Below, piece after piece: positions 51,802 to 64,000 of a stretch of DNA of 64,000 bases. Every line of letters begins with the position of its first letter. The first letter of the stretch is position 1. The stretch covers positions 1,624,335 to 1,688,334 of the forward strand of contig MU057521.1 in assembly GCA_013265495.1 (NCBI GenBank). The letters run 5' to 3'. The DNA comes from Vicugna vicugna. Taxonomy: Eukaryota. The notes under the pieces were generated by a model that saw only the letters and a list, made by a program, of their open reading frames with translations, made no database searches and was not told where the DNA came from. The position numbers were made by a program, and so were the translations under genes.

Positions 51802-52023
51802 CCAGAATTGGCAAACTTTTTCTGTAAAGGGACAGATAGGAAACATCTTAGGCGTTGCAGATCATATAGGTCTCTTGCATGTTCTTAGTTGCTTTGTTTC
51901 TGTTTGTTTATAACCCATTTAAATTTTACTTTAAAAATCTAAGCATCATTCTTAGCTCACTGGCCATATAGAAACAAGCTCCAGGCTGGGCTTGGTCCCT
52001 GGGCAGTCGTTTGCTGACCCTTG
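51802..52023 (+). mobile_element. MER58 (MER58C-like) hAT-Charlie element
   Basis: 'ttggcaaactttttctgtaaagggacagatagg...cattcttagctcactggccatatagaaacaagc...cagtcgtttgctgacccttg'. Confidence 0.85.
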
Positions 52024-52347
52024 CTCTAACGGAGCCTTTTCAGTTGAGACCTATGATAACCGGAAATTAATGTAAGCTCATCTTCCATTCCATCCTCCAG
52101 AAAGTATAGAGTCCCTTTCCTCCCCCAGTGTGCTTTTGCTCCTCTGACTCTCAGACTTTTTGTATGGCCTGTCTACCCCTTCCTTTGCAGGTTCACCCTA
52201 TAATCTAACCCCTGTTGCCCTGTTGCCTAGATTATTATAGCAGTTGCGTATTGCTCAGGTTTCTCTGCTTTCAGTCTTCTGCCTCTTAAACTGTCCTGTA
52301 CACAGCTCTTAAAGTAATGTTCTGGAAACATGGTGATGCTATGTGAA

Positions 52348-52470
52348 CTTTTTTTTTAAATTGAAGTGTAGTTGATTTACAGTGTTGTGTTAGTTTCTAC
52401 TGTACAGCTTACTGATTCAGTTATACATATATATATATAAACACACACATATATATTTTCTTTTTATTCA
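52348..52470 (-). mobile_element. Short young artiodactyl-type L1 3' end
   Basis: 'ttttttttttaaattgaagtgtagttgatttacagtgttgtgttagtttctactgtacagc...gattcagttatacatatata'. Same family as 42410-42588. Confidence 0.85.
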
Positions 52471-52859
52471 AAGTACATTAATTTCTTACTGTATGACATT
52501 GAAATTTTTCCTTCTCATCTTTCTTTGAAAGATTACCGAACTTCCCATACACAGAACATATTTCTGATGTGTTTCCTATGTGAGCCCACAATTTATAAAG
52601 TAGATTATATCTTGTGATTACTTTCTAGACATATCTGAAATTTTTGGTCGTAATGAATTTTGTTGAAGTATGTTGTTAAAAATAAATTCCAGGTTTGTAA
52701 GCCTTAGAGGTAGTATTCAGAGGCTTAATAATCATGGTAAGTGGAAGTGTCAGTCACTGTGCTTCGCAGATACATTGTCCTCTTTAGCTGGAAAGCAGGC
52801 TAATGGGGGAAGGTACTGCTGCTTTCAGCGTTTTATAGGGAGGGCGCTAAGATGTGGAG

Positions 52860-52940
52860 TGAATGGCAGCATAAGGATTCAGACCTAGGCTCTCTGGTGC
52901 CAGAATCCATGTTTTTGAACCACTGTGCTATATTGCTTCC
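52860..52940 (-). mobile_element. MIR fragment (5' tRNA-like part)
   Basis: 'ggattcagacctaggctctctggtgccagaatccatgtttttgaaccactgtgctatattgc'. Confidence 0.7.
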
Positions 52941-53784
52941 ACAATGAATTAATAGTTAAAAGAAAGACTTTGAACCTAGTAGAGGAAAGGAAGGAATCGT
53001 TCAAACATAGCTTTAACCTTCATCCCTTTCCCTGCCAAGGTCCCAGGCCTCGTTGTATTTTGTTGTTTTGCCAGATAGTTTGTGAACTTGGCTGAACTTC
53101 ATAGATGGAAGTATTTGAATGTTTGAAATGGGGAAGAGTTGAAGGTTATCAAACAGAAAAAATACATCTCTTTTCCTGGAGCATAATCAGGTCCATTTAG
53201 ATAGAATGTACTAGAGAGTCTATCCATAGGCAAAGAGAAGAGAAAGCATTTGAACATAATTATTCATTGTGGAAATTTGTCAAAAATGTCAACAAAGCAC
53301 TGTTTTGGTCAGCCATCTGCTGGTAGATAGAAATGAACTTGTTAAGAATTTGCAGTTATTTCAGAAAAATGTTGATTAGTGTCTTGTTTGTGGATTGCAT
53401 ATTGTCATCTGTATTGTTAATTGCTTGGGGAAAGAAATTCTATTTTTTGTTTCTTTTGCAATCTAAACCTAAATTTCTTAGGATTCTGTATATAGGCTGG
53501 TGCTCTGTGAATGCTGACCAAGTGAGATACAGATACTTGTCTTACTGGACAATAACTTTTGATCTTTACCCATTTGTTTCAGTTGAATCCTCAGATACTT
53601 AAAGACAGCTGATAAATAAAATTCTTTCTTTCAAACCTGTTTGGCTGAGAATAGATTAGTCTTTTGTAACTGAAACACTTGTATCATAAGAAAACGTATC
53701 TTAAGTACGTTTAAATATTAGCCAGCCATTTATCGTATGACTTTTTATTGAGGTCTTTGTGTGTCAGGCATTGAAAGACTTCTC

Positions 53785-54060
53785 TGCTGTAGGCACTGTG
53801 GTAGGTGCTCAGGATACAGCCAAGAAGTAAAACAAAGGCTGATGTCCCCATAAACTTATATTCTAGTGGAGGGAGGAGATCATAAGCATAATACAGAAGT
53901 AAATTATATATTAAGTAATAGATACTATGGAGAAAAGAAAAAGTAGAGCAGGTTAAGGGGTACCAGCCAGAAGGAGGCAGGCTGTGATGTTTATAAGCAG
54001 GGTGGTCAGAGCAGCCTCTTTGTGATTTGAGCAAAGAGAAATGCAGGAATAAGCTAAGTG
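53785..54060 (-). mobile_element. L2a 3' fragment
   Basis: 'aggcactgtggtaggtgctcaggatacagc...cttatattctagtggagggaggaga...cagggtggtcagagcagcctc'. Confidence 0.8.
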
Positions 54061-55504
54061 GCTAATTAACCATAATGCTTGTCACTTCCTCGTATTTTAT
54101 TACCACTTTTCAGCTTGTTGTAGATTGACCATGATTAATTTGATCCCTGTTTTAATCTACCGGTATAATTTCTGTTGGCTTTTTTAGCATACATTGTGGA
54201 ACCCTTTGCCACCATATCTGAGCAAAGTAAGGCTTTAGTTTGTGTTGTGTAAGTGTAATTTATTTGGGTTAACTCTGTAGTTTTTGTGGTTTCATTGTTT
54301 TTAGCAAGCACAGTCTTCATCTTCTGGAACTGCTTTAAAGTTATTAATATTAGATAACAATGTACAGTGGTGGTCTCAACTTTTTTTGTCTCTAGATTGA
54401 TCATGTGTAGTACATACAAACTTTCGCTTACAGCAGCTTTCATTATACTCAGTTAAAATTATTCTCGTAGGGGAGGGGACGTGAGGGTAGCTCAAGAAGG
54501 GGGCATTCTTTCCGGGGAACATGTAAAAAGAGGGAATTTTGATATTTGTCTTGTTTCCAATTATTCGTTTTGTTGTTTAGCTTGTCTTACCTGTTTAGGA
54601 TCCTGAGCATAACTTACTGGCCTTGTTTTCTAGAGAGCCTAGAAGGTGTTGGGTACTGAGCTAGCTTCTCTAGATGTCCGCAGTCTCTGCCTTGGTAGTG
54701 AGTCTTTGTCAACCCTGATAACATTAATCCTCAGGAGAAAGGATCTCTTGTCACTGCTGGTAGGAGATGTGCCAACAGAGATATTCAGCGGAAGTTTATT
54801 TTATGGAGTCTTTTTACTGTCTACTTTCACTTAACCCGAAATTTCCCTTCTTGACATTTGTGCACCTTGAGAGTTGAATGAAAACTAATTTCAAATATAA
54901 TTATCCAGAACAGTTAATTCTTAGCTGTAGGTTTGCCCAGGTGACATATTTTACGTGGTAGGTTTAGTTGGCACTGAAGTGCTGCATCAAACAGAAACTG
55001 TTTTTATAAAACAGACGGTTTCACTACCAAAATTATTCATTTGGACAAGTGAGAATAATGTGTCAAAAAGTAACTATAAAGTACCTGGATAATTTAGTAT
55101 TTGGGATGAGCTACTTGGGTAAGTGTGCCAACGTTTATCTTAAAAATGGGATCCTGGGTCTCGAGTTAACTGATTTGTGCAGTCTCTTGTAAAACTGCTG
55201 AATGAGCCTAAGGATTATGCTTTAGTCCTCATTTGCCTGAAACAGTGAAATAAAGTACTGCTGTTTATATCAATGGTTAGTGTATTTACTAAGCATATGA
55301 CCTGATTAGTAAATTTCAAAATATTTATGTTAAGTTTTATACCCAAATCAAAAAATTGTCAGCACTATACCTTATAAAATAAATTATTAAAAATTATCAT
55401 ATTGCTAATTTTGCTTAATATAGCTCACTGGTGGGTGGAGTACTCTTCTGTAGGTGTGCTTAGATTTCTTTAGTTATTACACCTGCCATCTAATGAAAAG
55501 CTCA

Positions 55505-55590
55505 CTTTATTGAATGCTTTCTGTGAGGCGTGACATTGTTCGAAGTGCTTTATATGTGTCTTATTTCACCCTCACAACAATCTGGACAAT
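55505..55590 (-). mobile_element. MIR fragment
   Basis: 'tttattgaatgctttctgtgaggcgtgacattgttcgaagtgctttatatgtgtcttatttcaccctcacaacaa'. Confidence 0.7.
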
Positions 55591-56365
55591 TGTATTTCCT
55601 TTTTTTTTTGTTTTCGTAATTACAATTAATGGCTGCCATGAACATTCTTGTGCATCTTTCAGTGCACTTCCGCATGAATTTTTGTTGGGTAAATCTCTGT
55701 GAATGGAATGGATGAGTCCTAGGGTATTCATGTTTTAACGTTCATAGATCCTGCCAGCAGTTCCAAAGGGGTTGTACCTGTTTATATTTCTGCCAGAACA
55801 GTGTGATAGTTCATATTGCTGCACATCCTTGTCAACACTTAGTATTATTGGTCTTAAGTTCATCTGTTCTGATTGGTGTATAGCGATTTCACTATGATTT
55901 TAATTTGCATTTCCTAGTAACTAAGGCTGAGCACTTTTCATATGTTTATTGGCTCTGTAACTTATGTGTAAGAGAGAGAAAGGTGGGTGGGGGTCTAGTT
56001 TTTTTAATAGGTTGTCTTTTTTTAAAAACTTGAAAAAATAATATGTAGAGGTTGTTTTTATGTATTCTAAATTTGAGCCTTTAGCTAGTTATATATGTTG
56101 CACATATATGTGTATATATTTTCCATTCTGTGGCTTGCTTTTTTCACTCTTTTAATGGTGTCTTTGGATGACAGACATCCTTAATTTTAATGTATCCTAA
56201 CATGTCCATCTGTTCCTTATGATGATTTCTTTTTGAGTCCTATTTAAGAAATAATTGCTTGTGTTAATAACATCATATAAATGTTCTCTTATGTTAATGT
56301 CTACTTATGATGTAAGGTAGAGGTCAATATTCTTCTTTTTTTCCCTTTATCCATATGGATAGCCA
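55590..56365 (-). mobile_element. Old L1M ORF2/3' fragment
   Basis: 'ggctgccatgaacattcttgtgcatc', 'ttgctgcacatccttgtcaacactt', 'ttttaatttgcatttcc' and 'gagcacttttcatatgtttattggc'. Confidence 0.85.
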
Positions 56366-56664
56366 GGAATGAATTTTTTGTTTGTTTTAAATCATAGGGA
56401 AGAAAATATTTCAAAATGTTTTATCTAATTCAGTCTCCTCTACAAGTAATTTTAAATGACTTAAAATGTGCTCTTACTTGAAATAATGGTTGTTTTGTTT
56501 CTGCTATAGTATCAGAAATTGCAAGCAAACTGGTTTTTCTTCCTGCTCATCCACTTCTCTTCATCTGTCTATAGAGAACAAAACAGAAACTCCAGCTCAA
56601 AAGTTTTATATAGTATCTTTCCCCCAGAAGTCATGTCTTTTTGTTGGACACAAGAAATATCCTC

Positions 56665-56803
56665 AGGGGGAGAGTATAGCTCAGTGGTAGAGTGCATAAG
56701 CATGCATGAGGTCCTGGGTTCAATTATCAGTCAGTCAATCAATCAATCAATCAATCAATGAATAACCCCCCCCAAAACACCAAAAATAAATTATATTAAA
56801 AAA
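56665..56803 (+). mobile_element. Camelid tRNA-derived SINE (Vic-1 type) with internal (TCAA)n expansion
   Basis: Reads gggggagagtatagctcagtggtagagtgcataagcatgcatgaggtcctgggttcaat. TSD aagaaatatcctc (56652-56664) vs aagaaatttactc (56804-56816), 2 mismatches. Confidence 0.9.
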
Positions 56804-58664
56804 AAGAAATTTACTCTAACTTTTCAGGTCATCATTGGGGGTGTGTATGCGTACATAGACAAATGGAGAATTGGTAGATAAAATTTTAGGTTAAGTCTCA
56901 GGAAAATTGATGATTTCTGTTACTTGACTCCCTTTTATTTCATGCTTCTAGACTGATTTATTGTGGTTCCAAAAAGGATTTATTGATAGATTCAGAAGGA
57001 AAGAAAACCTTATATGTTATTCTTCCTAGTATTTATTGTTTATACTTTTTCATTTCTCCAACTGTCCTCATTTTTAGGCATAAGGCATAAAAATGGTTAT
57101 AGCAGTGGGACTAGTGAGCAAGTATATTACCCTTTCATATTATTGGTTAGTTACTTCTTTTTTTGTTGTTGTTATTTGTATTAGTCCTAAGATTTTGAGA
57201 AAACCTTTTTCTTCCAAAGGGTAGATAATATTCACTTCCAAGGCAAATCTTTTGTAGGGAAATAAAAAGATTGTAAATAATAATTTCGTAGTGTATTGTA
57301 TATAGTATGTGTACACTACTTCTCTCAGTAATTGGACTATCTCAACGTTCCAAAATTGCAAACAGTATTATCTTTGAGGATCAGTTTAACATCTGTTTTG
57401 AAATCCATAATTTCCTATTTATCTAAACAGAACTTTGCACTCAGATCTTAGTATGTAATTATGTTCTTGAACTCTAAAGCTCTTAAGTATGGTTTTATTT
57501 TTACTACAAATTTGTTTGGAATTATATGAGCTGAAGTCTTGTCTAAAGAAGATACGATAGAGTCAGAAGCTGTTTGGGGAACGTCTAGGAAAGAAAAATC
57601 TTGAGGTGAATACTCAGTTCATTAGGAATTAGTTTAAATCAGTACGTTATTTATCCAAAAGTTGTCAGCTTTTAGTTTGAAATTCTTTTTATGAATAAAG
57701 TTACTTTTACTCTGATAATAAAATTTTCTGGTTTAGTGTAAGATAAATATATTATGCTTTCTCTTTTCAAGTTAATCATTAGGGATTATTGTAGTATGCA
57801 GCCACAAAACTTTCTTCTTTATCATATGAAAAGGAAACTCTCACATCTTTATAACATAGTTATTGATAAAATGTGGAGACTGAATTAGATAAGTTATTGA
57901 TAAGATAGTGGTGATGAAAGGGAGTTCTTATTAAACATAGTCAATCTTAGTTTGTCTACGAAATTCCGTTTTCCATTAATTGTGTTTACTTTAAGATCCA
58001 AGGACATAAAATTAAGAGACTCGGTTAAGATTCTAAGTAAATTTTAATGATATGTATTGAGCACTTATTCCAAGGCTTATGATTTGGTGTGTAGGAGCAT
58101 AAACAAGAAGGTACCATTGTTGTACTCATATAGTTCGTAAACTAAAGGAGAACTAAGACATTTGTAAGTGTGGGTTATTCTGAGGTGAGCATTTGGGAAT
58201 GACTGATTCAGCGGTGTATTCCAGAGTTCTCCTTCTGCTGTGTGGGAGGAAGGGAGTGGGTGAGCCCAGTGGGGTGAAGAGAGAGTCCAGTGGGTAGGAT
58301 TACACACTGGGCTGACTCCAGCATGCATTCGCTTTCAGAGGTGAGCAACACTTTGTCCATTTTGTCCATTTGTTACTTTTTATTTTTGAAGTGTAGCTCT
58401 TCAGAAATTTCAGTTAAAAAAACCGTCTTTCGTGGCACAGATGAATTCACTCTTCTGCTTCCTGATCCTAGGTTTCTGTCCTCGTGTCAGGACTGGAGAA
58501 GTTTCCTCTCCAGTTTAGCCTGCAAGCTGAATGGCTCAAGTGAAAATGGAGATGCAGATAAGCAGAGACTGATAAACAAGAACTGAGTGAATGAAACATT
58601 CACTCTCCTAATCTTGGTGTGAAAAAGCTAGTCATATCACGATAAAGTTAATAATGCTACCCTA

Positions 58665-58823
58665 CACAGGGGAATATACACAAGATCTTATGGTAGCTCA
58701 CAGAGAAAAAAATGTGACAATGAATATATATATGTTCATGTATAACTGACAAATTGTGGTCTACACTGGAATTTGACACAACTTTGTAAAATGATTATAA
58801 ATCAATAAAAAATGTTAAAAAAA
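58665..58823 (+). mobile_element. Young 5'-truncated L1 3' end (camelid-type) with perfect 15-bp TSD
   Basis: 'cacaggggaatatacacaagatcttatggtagctcac...tgtaaaatgattataaatcaataaaaaatgttaaaaaaa'. TSD aataatgctacccta at 58650-58664 and 58824-58838. Confidence 0.9.
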
Positions 58824-59309
58824 AATAATGCTACCCTAAATGAGTTTGTCACTGTTAACAACGATAAATGTGGGAAATAAAGGGTTTTGGTTTTTTTTTT
58901 TTTTTTTGGATTTAGTATGAGAAATGGAGGGATTTTGTCATATTCATAGTCTCTTAGAAAGTTTTATGCTTGGTTGTCTTTGATCACTGTAGTATATAAT
59001 TTTGTATCCTAACTCGTAATTAGTTTTTATTTGCTCCTAAAGATGCGAAAGTTTTAAATTTAATATTTTATGTGTATGAAAGACAAGTTTTATAATAGAC
59101 TTGATTGGTTGTAAATCCACACTTTTTTCTGAATAGTGTGTTAGCTAAATTGTTCTTTTTCAGCTTATATTGTCTTTATATCTGAGGTAATTGAGGCAGT
59201 TTGTTTTATATCTGGTTTATTATTTAAAAATACCATATACAAATTTTTCTCATCACTAGAAGTGGTTTCGTATTTTCTTATCTCCAGTTATTTTAGTTAA
59301 TTTGTTTAG

Positions 59310-59490
59310 ACTTTTATTGAATGCTTCCTGTGTGTTTGTCAGTGGTCTAGGTCATCGGAGAAGAGAAAGGTGAATGGCGTGATTCTTGCTCCTGAGCCAA
59401 CAGAAAATAGAAAGGTGAATAGTTTTAACATTATATCAATCATGCTTTAAGTATGAAGTATATGTAAGTGTTGTGGGAAGACAGGCGCAG
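59310..59490 (-). mobile_element. L2 3' fragment
   Basis: 'tttattgaatgcttcctgtgtg...gtggtctaggtc...agtgttgtgggaagacagg'. Confidence 0.6.
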
Positions 59491-60813
59491 TACAGCCATT
59501 TTGAGCTTCTCTCAAATTAATGATCAGGTGACCTTTAAAAAGTTACATGGTTTTGACTTAATATCCATTGTGATACCACATAGGCCTTGTCTCCCCCAAG
59601 ATAATCCCTATAGGGAGAAAAGAATGTAAACAAAATCCAATTATTATAATTTTTTTTGTTTGTGGCAACAAAGTTTTGTGTAAAAATGGTGGTTTCTAGC
59701 TTTCCTTATTCTTAAAAATTCAAATTTAGTATTTAACATTTGGTTTTCCAGTCCTCACAAATTAATTTGAATTCTGTATGATCTACATGGGCATTTTCTG
59801 CACCTGGAACCTACAAGGAGGTTCCAATCCTTAAAAACCTTACAGTCTAGTATGATAATCAGGCACTTATGGTATAATTTAGTAGAAACTATGATAGAAA
59901 AAGTACAGTGTGCTAGGGAATCACATTAGATACTGATTCCAAACGAAAGTGATTGCTTTAGACAAGTACTTAACATAAGAGAACTATTAACGAGTACCTG
60001 TTTGCATTTAAAGTGTGATAATTACATGATTACATGCATGAATGGAATCCAAAGTATGGATTCATTACATCAGACTTTTCAGCTTCCCAAATTTGTATCT
60101 GCAGCCTCTTGCTGTTGGGCCAGGTCCTGGTGAAAGCATGACCTCGTCTCTCTCTCTCTTAAAAGAGCTGCATGATGTGCTGACTTTGCAGATTTATCTT
60201 ATGAAGGCACATGGTACTGATGGGAACTCAAGGGATTTCCACGATTTGCAGAATCCAACTAGAATCCCTTTTTTGCTTTTTCTTAGCTATAGTGTTGAAG
60301 TTGACAGAAGTTTCCACTATTTCTACTGGTAATTTTTAAAGCTTTGTTTCCTTTCATTACATGAGATAACTATGTGAAACAGTAGCTGAATAAATGTTAG
60401 CTTTATTTCTATTCTTGTCACGTACCGTGCCAGTTACTAAGCTTGAAAGATAAGCAAGACATAGCTGCTGCCTTCAGGGAGTTTGTAGTCATAGAAATTG
60501 GTGGGGAGGGTAAGCTGGGAGGATTAGGATAAAGGTGTGACTACAGTGGTAAGGGACAAGGAAGCACTTCTGGGAGGTGGGGACTGGGGAGAGCTTTGCA
60601 GGAGTCATCACTTGAATTGGGCCTTGAAAGGAGAGGTAGGACCTCACCTGGTAGAGATAATGCCACAGGGGAAGTGGTTCATAACACACAGTTCCCTCTC
60701 ACCTCCCCTCATTTCTTCAGTCCTCTTCCCTCGCCATTTCCCCCTCACTCGCCTTTTTAACAAAGGTATAGTCACTTGCTTGGCACGTTCATGAGTTTCC
60801 TAGGACTCTGCCT

Positions 60814-61162
60814 TGTATGGATAGGGTGGTAGTGACTCCCAAAGACCTGTCCACATCCTAGTACCCAGACATGTAAATGTTCCCTTATTTAGCTTTGCCT
60901 ATGTGATTGAGCTAAGGATCTTGAGAGGGGATGATTATCCTGGATTGTCCAGGAGGACCCTAATTGCGATCCACAAAAGTTCTGGTAAGGGAGAGCAAAG
61001 GGAGATTTGAGAGACACACAATAGGAGATGTGAAGACAGAGACAGAAACTGGAGTAATGGGGCTTACACGCCAAGGAATACTGACAGCCTCCGGAATCTA
61101 AAAGAGGCAAGGAACAAATTCTCCCCCAGCCTCTGGAGGGAGCACAGTTCTGCCAACACCTG
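60814..61162 (+). mobile_element. MLT1C-like MaLR LTR (3' truncated)
   Basis: 'ctcccaaagacctgtccacatcctagtacc', 'taaggatcttgagaggggatgattatcctggatt' and 'aagaggcaaggaacaaattctccccc...ggagggagcacagttctgccaacacc'. Confidence 0.85.
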
Positions 61163-61163
61163 C

Positions 61164-61552
61164 TTCCTGGGGCTGTTGTAACAAGTTACCACAAACTCAG
61201 TGACTTAAAACAACAGAAATTTGTTTTCCAAAGGCTATCCATGCTCCATCTGAAGGCTCTGACGGAGGATTCTTCCTTGGCTTTCCCGGCTTCTGGTGGT
61301 TTCTGGCACTCCTTGGAGTTTCTTGGCTTTGCAGCTGTGTCACTCCTGTCTCTACCTGTCTTGTCACGTGGCCATTTTCCCTCTGTGTGACTGTGTCCAA
61401 ATTTCTCTCTTGCAAGGACACTAGTCACTGGATTGGGGCATGACCTTATCTTAACTTGATAGCATCTGCAAAGCCGCTATTTCCGTATCAGGTTGCATTC
61501 GCAGGTACCAGGGGTTAGGTCTTAAACATAAAATGCAGTTCAGCCCACAGCA
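61164..61552 (-). mobile_element. MLT1B/C-like MaLR LTR, inverted relative to its neighbour
   Basis: 'ttcctggggctgttgtaacaagttaccacaaactcagtgacttaaaacaacagaaattt', 'aaggacactagtcactggattgggg' and an end of 'gttcagcccacagca'. Confidence 0.85.
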
Positions 61553-62399
61553 GGGGATGTGGATGGCTGCCACAGTGACAGAGTGGAAGCAAGGGAATTA
61601 ATTGGGAGTTTGTTGCTCTATCGGCAAAAGATGACAGCTGTTAGACTCAGGCTGCATTGTGGGGTTAGAAGTGATAAGATTTGCTCAAGATAATGGGGGA
61701 AGAGAAGGAAATTGAGAATGACTTTTCTACTCTCATGTATATACAGCTGCTGATCTAAGGTAGTGAGAATGTTAGATTTATAGTGATGACCTTGAATACA
61801 TTTAAGTGATAAAATTTTTATTGGAATTTCTCAGTACATCTTACAACGAATTGAATGTTGGATACTATTTTTAGTGATTTTTTTTTTTACCCTGGATGTT
61901 GGTTAAATGAGTGTGTATGCTAAATAAGTATGTTCTATTCAGTGTTTTACAACTAATGTGCACATCATTTGTACCTGTGTTGGCATTTTAGTTCACCCTC
62001 CAGTTGGTTTATTTAGTTGATGCATGCCAGCTTTATTTGGAGTTGTGAGTAGGTAGCAAAAATATGTAAAATTGTTGAAAAAATATGTAAGACTGTGATA
62101 GTCTGCAGAGTTAATCTTTGTGGTTTTAAAGTCCTCTTTGAGTGCTAAGAGCTTCTCTTGAAGACAGTTAAATAAACAATGAGATTTGTTTAACTTAGAG
62201 GGAAGTGAAGTGCTCACACTGGCAGCCTACTAATGTACTGATTATTGGACTTGAGCCAAGGCATTGCCCGACTAGAGACAAAAATTGCAGAATGCTTCAT
62301 GTATCTTTAGGAGTTTGAATTTGCAGATACAATGCTTAGAGACAGGATACTTTTGTTTGCTGCGGCATTTGCCTTTCACATTTTAAAGTCCAAGTGCTG

Positions 62400-62785
62400 T
62401 ATTGTGTCTAGGAATGTTTTGGACCTCTGCTAGCAAGAATTGCTTGATCTTAGATGATACTTCATGATTAAGTGAGTTTTATATGTGAACTTAATACATT
62501 GAAAATACGTGCTAACCCATGTGACCCAGGGACCTGGGCTCCTTCCATCCTTTGGTTCACCATCCCCTTGAGCCTCCTCAGAGAGTTCTCCTGGACTGTG
62601 TTCATCCAGCTGCTCAGTGGGTGAGGAGCCTGTGAAAGAACACGGGTGGTGTAGGCCGTATTTTGTTGGCCAGAACCAGTTGCATGGCTCTAGCTGAATT
62701 CCAAGAGAGGCTGAGAAATGCCGTTATTGTGTGTATCCAGGAAGATGAAATGAGATTGTTGAACACGCTGCCAGTCTCTACCAAA
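62400..62785 (-). mobile_element. Old MLT1 (J/K-like) LTR
   Basis: 'cagggacctgggctccttccatc', 'ttggccagaaccagttgcatggc' and 'gaggctgagaaatg...ccaggaaga...gccagtctctacca'. Confidence 0.7.
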
Positions 62786-64000
62786 ATAGCACATGTAATA
62801 TATGCTGGTATATGCAAAATAGCATTTTGATACGTTCATATAAAGAATTGTTTCAATATGTTTTGTAGCCATGAAGATTTTATTTTGTTTTCTTGTTTTG
62901 GATGTGTGATTTAGGTTTTCTGATGTATGTTCTAAGTCATTCCTCTCAAACCTCCCTGTGTGTTTTGAGTCATGACATTTTCTGATTTGTTGCCCTGCTA
63001 AAATTAAAACTTCTCTGTGATAATTTAGGATTGAAAAGTATGATCTGGAATTACAATATAATTATAGATAAATCCATTACAACAATATATTGCTCCTATA
63101 AATCATGATGAAAATGAAGAGCTGACTTTGAAATTCCTGATATAAGATTCCCTAGTACCTGGGAATTCATGTTCCTCAAAAGTTTTTGTTCTTCTGGCCA
63201 CTTTATTTATAGTCTGAAGACTGAGCTAGCACATAGTTCTTTCCTATTGTCAGCAAGTTTTGGAGACGGATTTGGCTCTGATTTCCGGGGACACTAAAAA
63301 TGATAAATGGACATTATTCCTGCTGTAAACACAAGCCTCTCGTTTATTCTGCTTCCTCATTCTTCCTGGTGTGATCTCTGCTGCTCATCCTTTTGTCACA
63401 CCCGCTTTGTTTGAATGTTTGTATATGTATTTGTTTGTTATCATACTCATAATGAACTTTTTGATGAAAATAAAGACAAGCTATTTTTTCAAAACTGTGT
63501 ATATACTGTAACTAATTCAGCTGAATGGCTTTCATTTGCTCATTGATAGCACCCCTTTCCCTTTAAAGAAAAAATTCCCTTCTAGAGAAGAAGCTTGAAA
63601 TCATTGGCTAATAATTCCAGGCAAATGTTTTCCTCTATAACATAAACTAAAGATTCTTAGAGGCTAGGAATTTGTTTTGAGCCACCTATTTTCTCTCCTG
63701 TTCTTTCTTTTTTCCAAATGTAGTTTCAGATTGTGTAGTTTTTGTAATTTGCTGTGTATGCTGAGAAGTGGCTGTTTTCTTTGGCCTAAACGTAGGAGTG
63801 GTCTCATTCATGTGGCAGGGAGCTTGTTGAGCACTTTGGCTGTTCCACACATTCCAGATACTGTGCTAGGCTTTGGTTCTGCACGTCTGGGAAGAGTCAT
63901 ACCTACTAGACTGTGTGTATATCTTACTCTGGAATCCACAAGCCAAGGGATGCAGCTAATTAGAGGAACTCTAAAGCCCAGGGAAAAGTTCTAGGGTTCT

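Larger units (their letters stand above)
1..64000 (+). other. Probable interior of a long intron of an unidentified + strand mammalian (camelid) gene
   Basis: No coding exon found. T-runs visibly outnumber A-runs and G exceeds C on +, a transcription-associated asymmetry judged by eye and not computed. Most L1 and L2 fragments are antisense to +. Confidence 0.55.

Noticed and set aside
56666..56725. tRNA-like sequence (also at ~9860-9930 and ~31095-31166)
   Set aside because: These are SINE heads with A-rich tails and TSDs and no intact cloverleaf, so they are not tRNA genes.
57288..57319. Inverted repeat gtagtgta...tacactac
   Set aside because: The stem is only 8 bp, too short for a pre-miRNA.
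1..64000. A novel multi-gene system or a nameable host gene
   Set aside because: There are no coding exons or operon-like structure. The host gene cannot be identified without alignment, so no gene symbol is given.

Overview
This is non-coding mammalian genomic DNA, most likely from a camelid. Three tRNA-derived SINEs of the camelid Vic-1 type and young L1 3' ends of an artiodactyl/camelid style support that. I found no credible protein-coding exon, RNA gene, CRISPR array or prokaryotic feature. The listed ORFs are chance frames or transposon remnants. By eye the + strand is T/G-skewed and most old LINEs are antisense, which suggests the interior of one long intron of a + strand gene that I cannot name. 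Much of the window is decayed mobile DNA: L2, MIR, L1M, MLT1/MLT2 LTRs and hAT MER elements. The best-supported notable object is a ~1.5 kb fossil piggyBac element (Looper-like, - strand, ~28339-29855) with a still-readable, frameshifted transposase that the ORF track misses. Other leads are candidate recursive splice sites (AG|GTRAGT), small candidate cryptic exons, a tail-to-tail inverted MLT1 pair, very short poly(A)+TSD insertions and a CpG-rich enhancer-like patch. I see no convincing evidence of a previously undescribed biological system. Repeat family names come from recalled consensus sequences, not from a database search, and most repeat boundaries are approximate.
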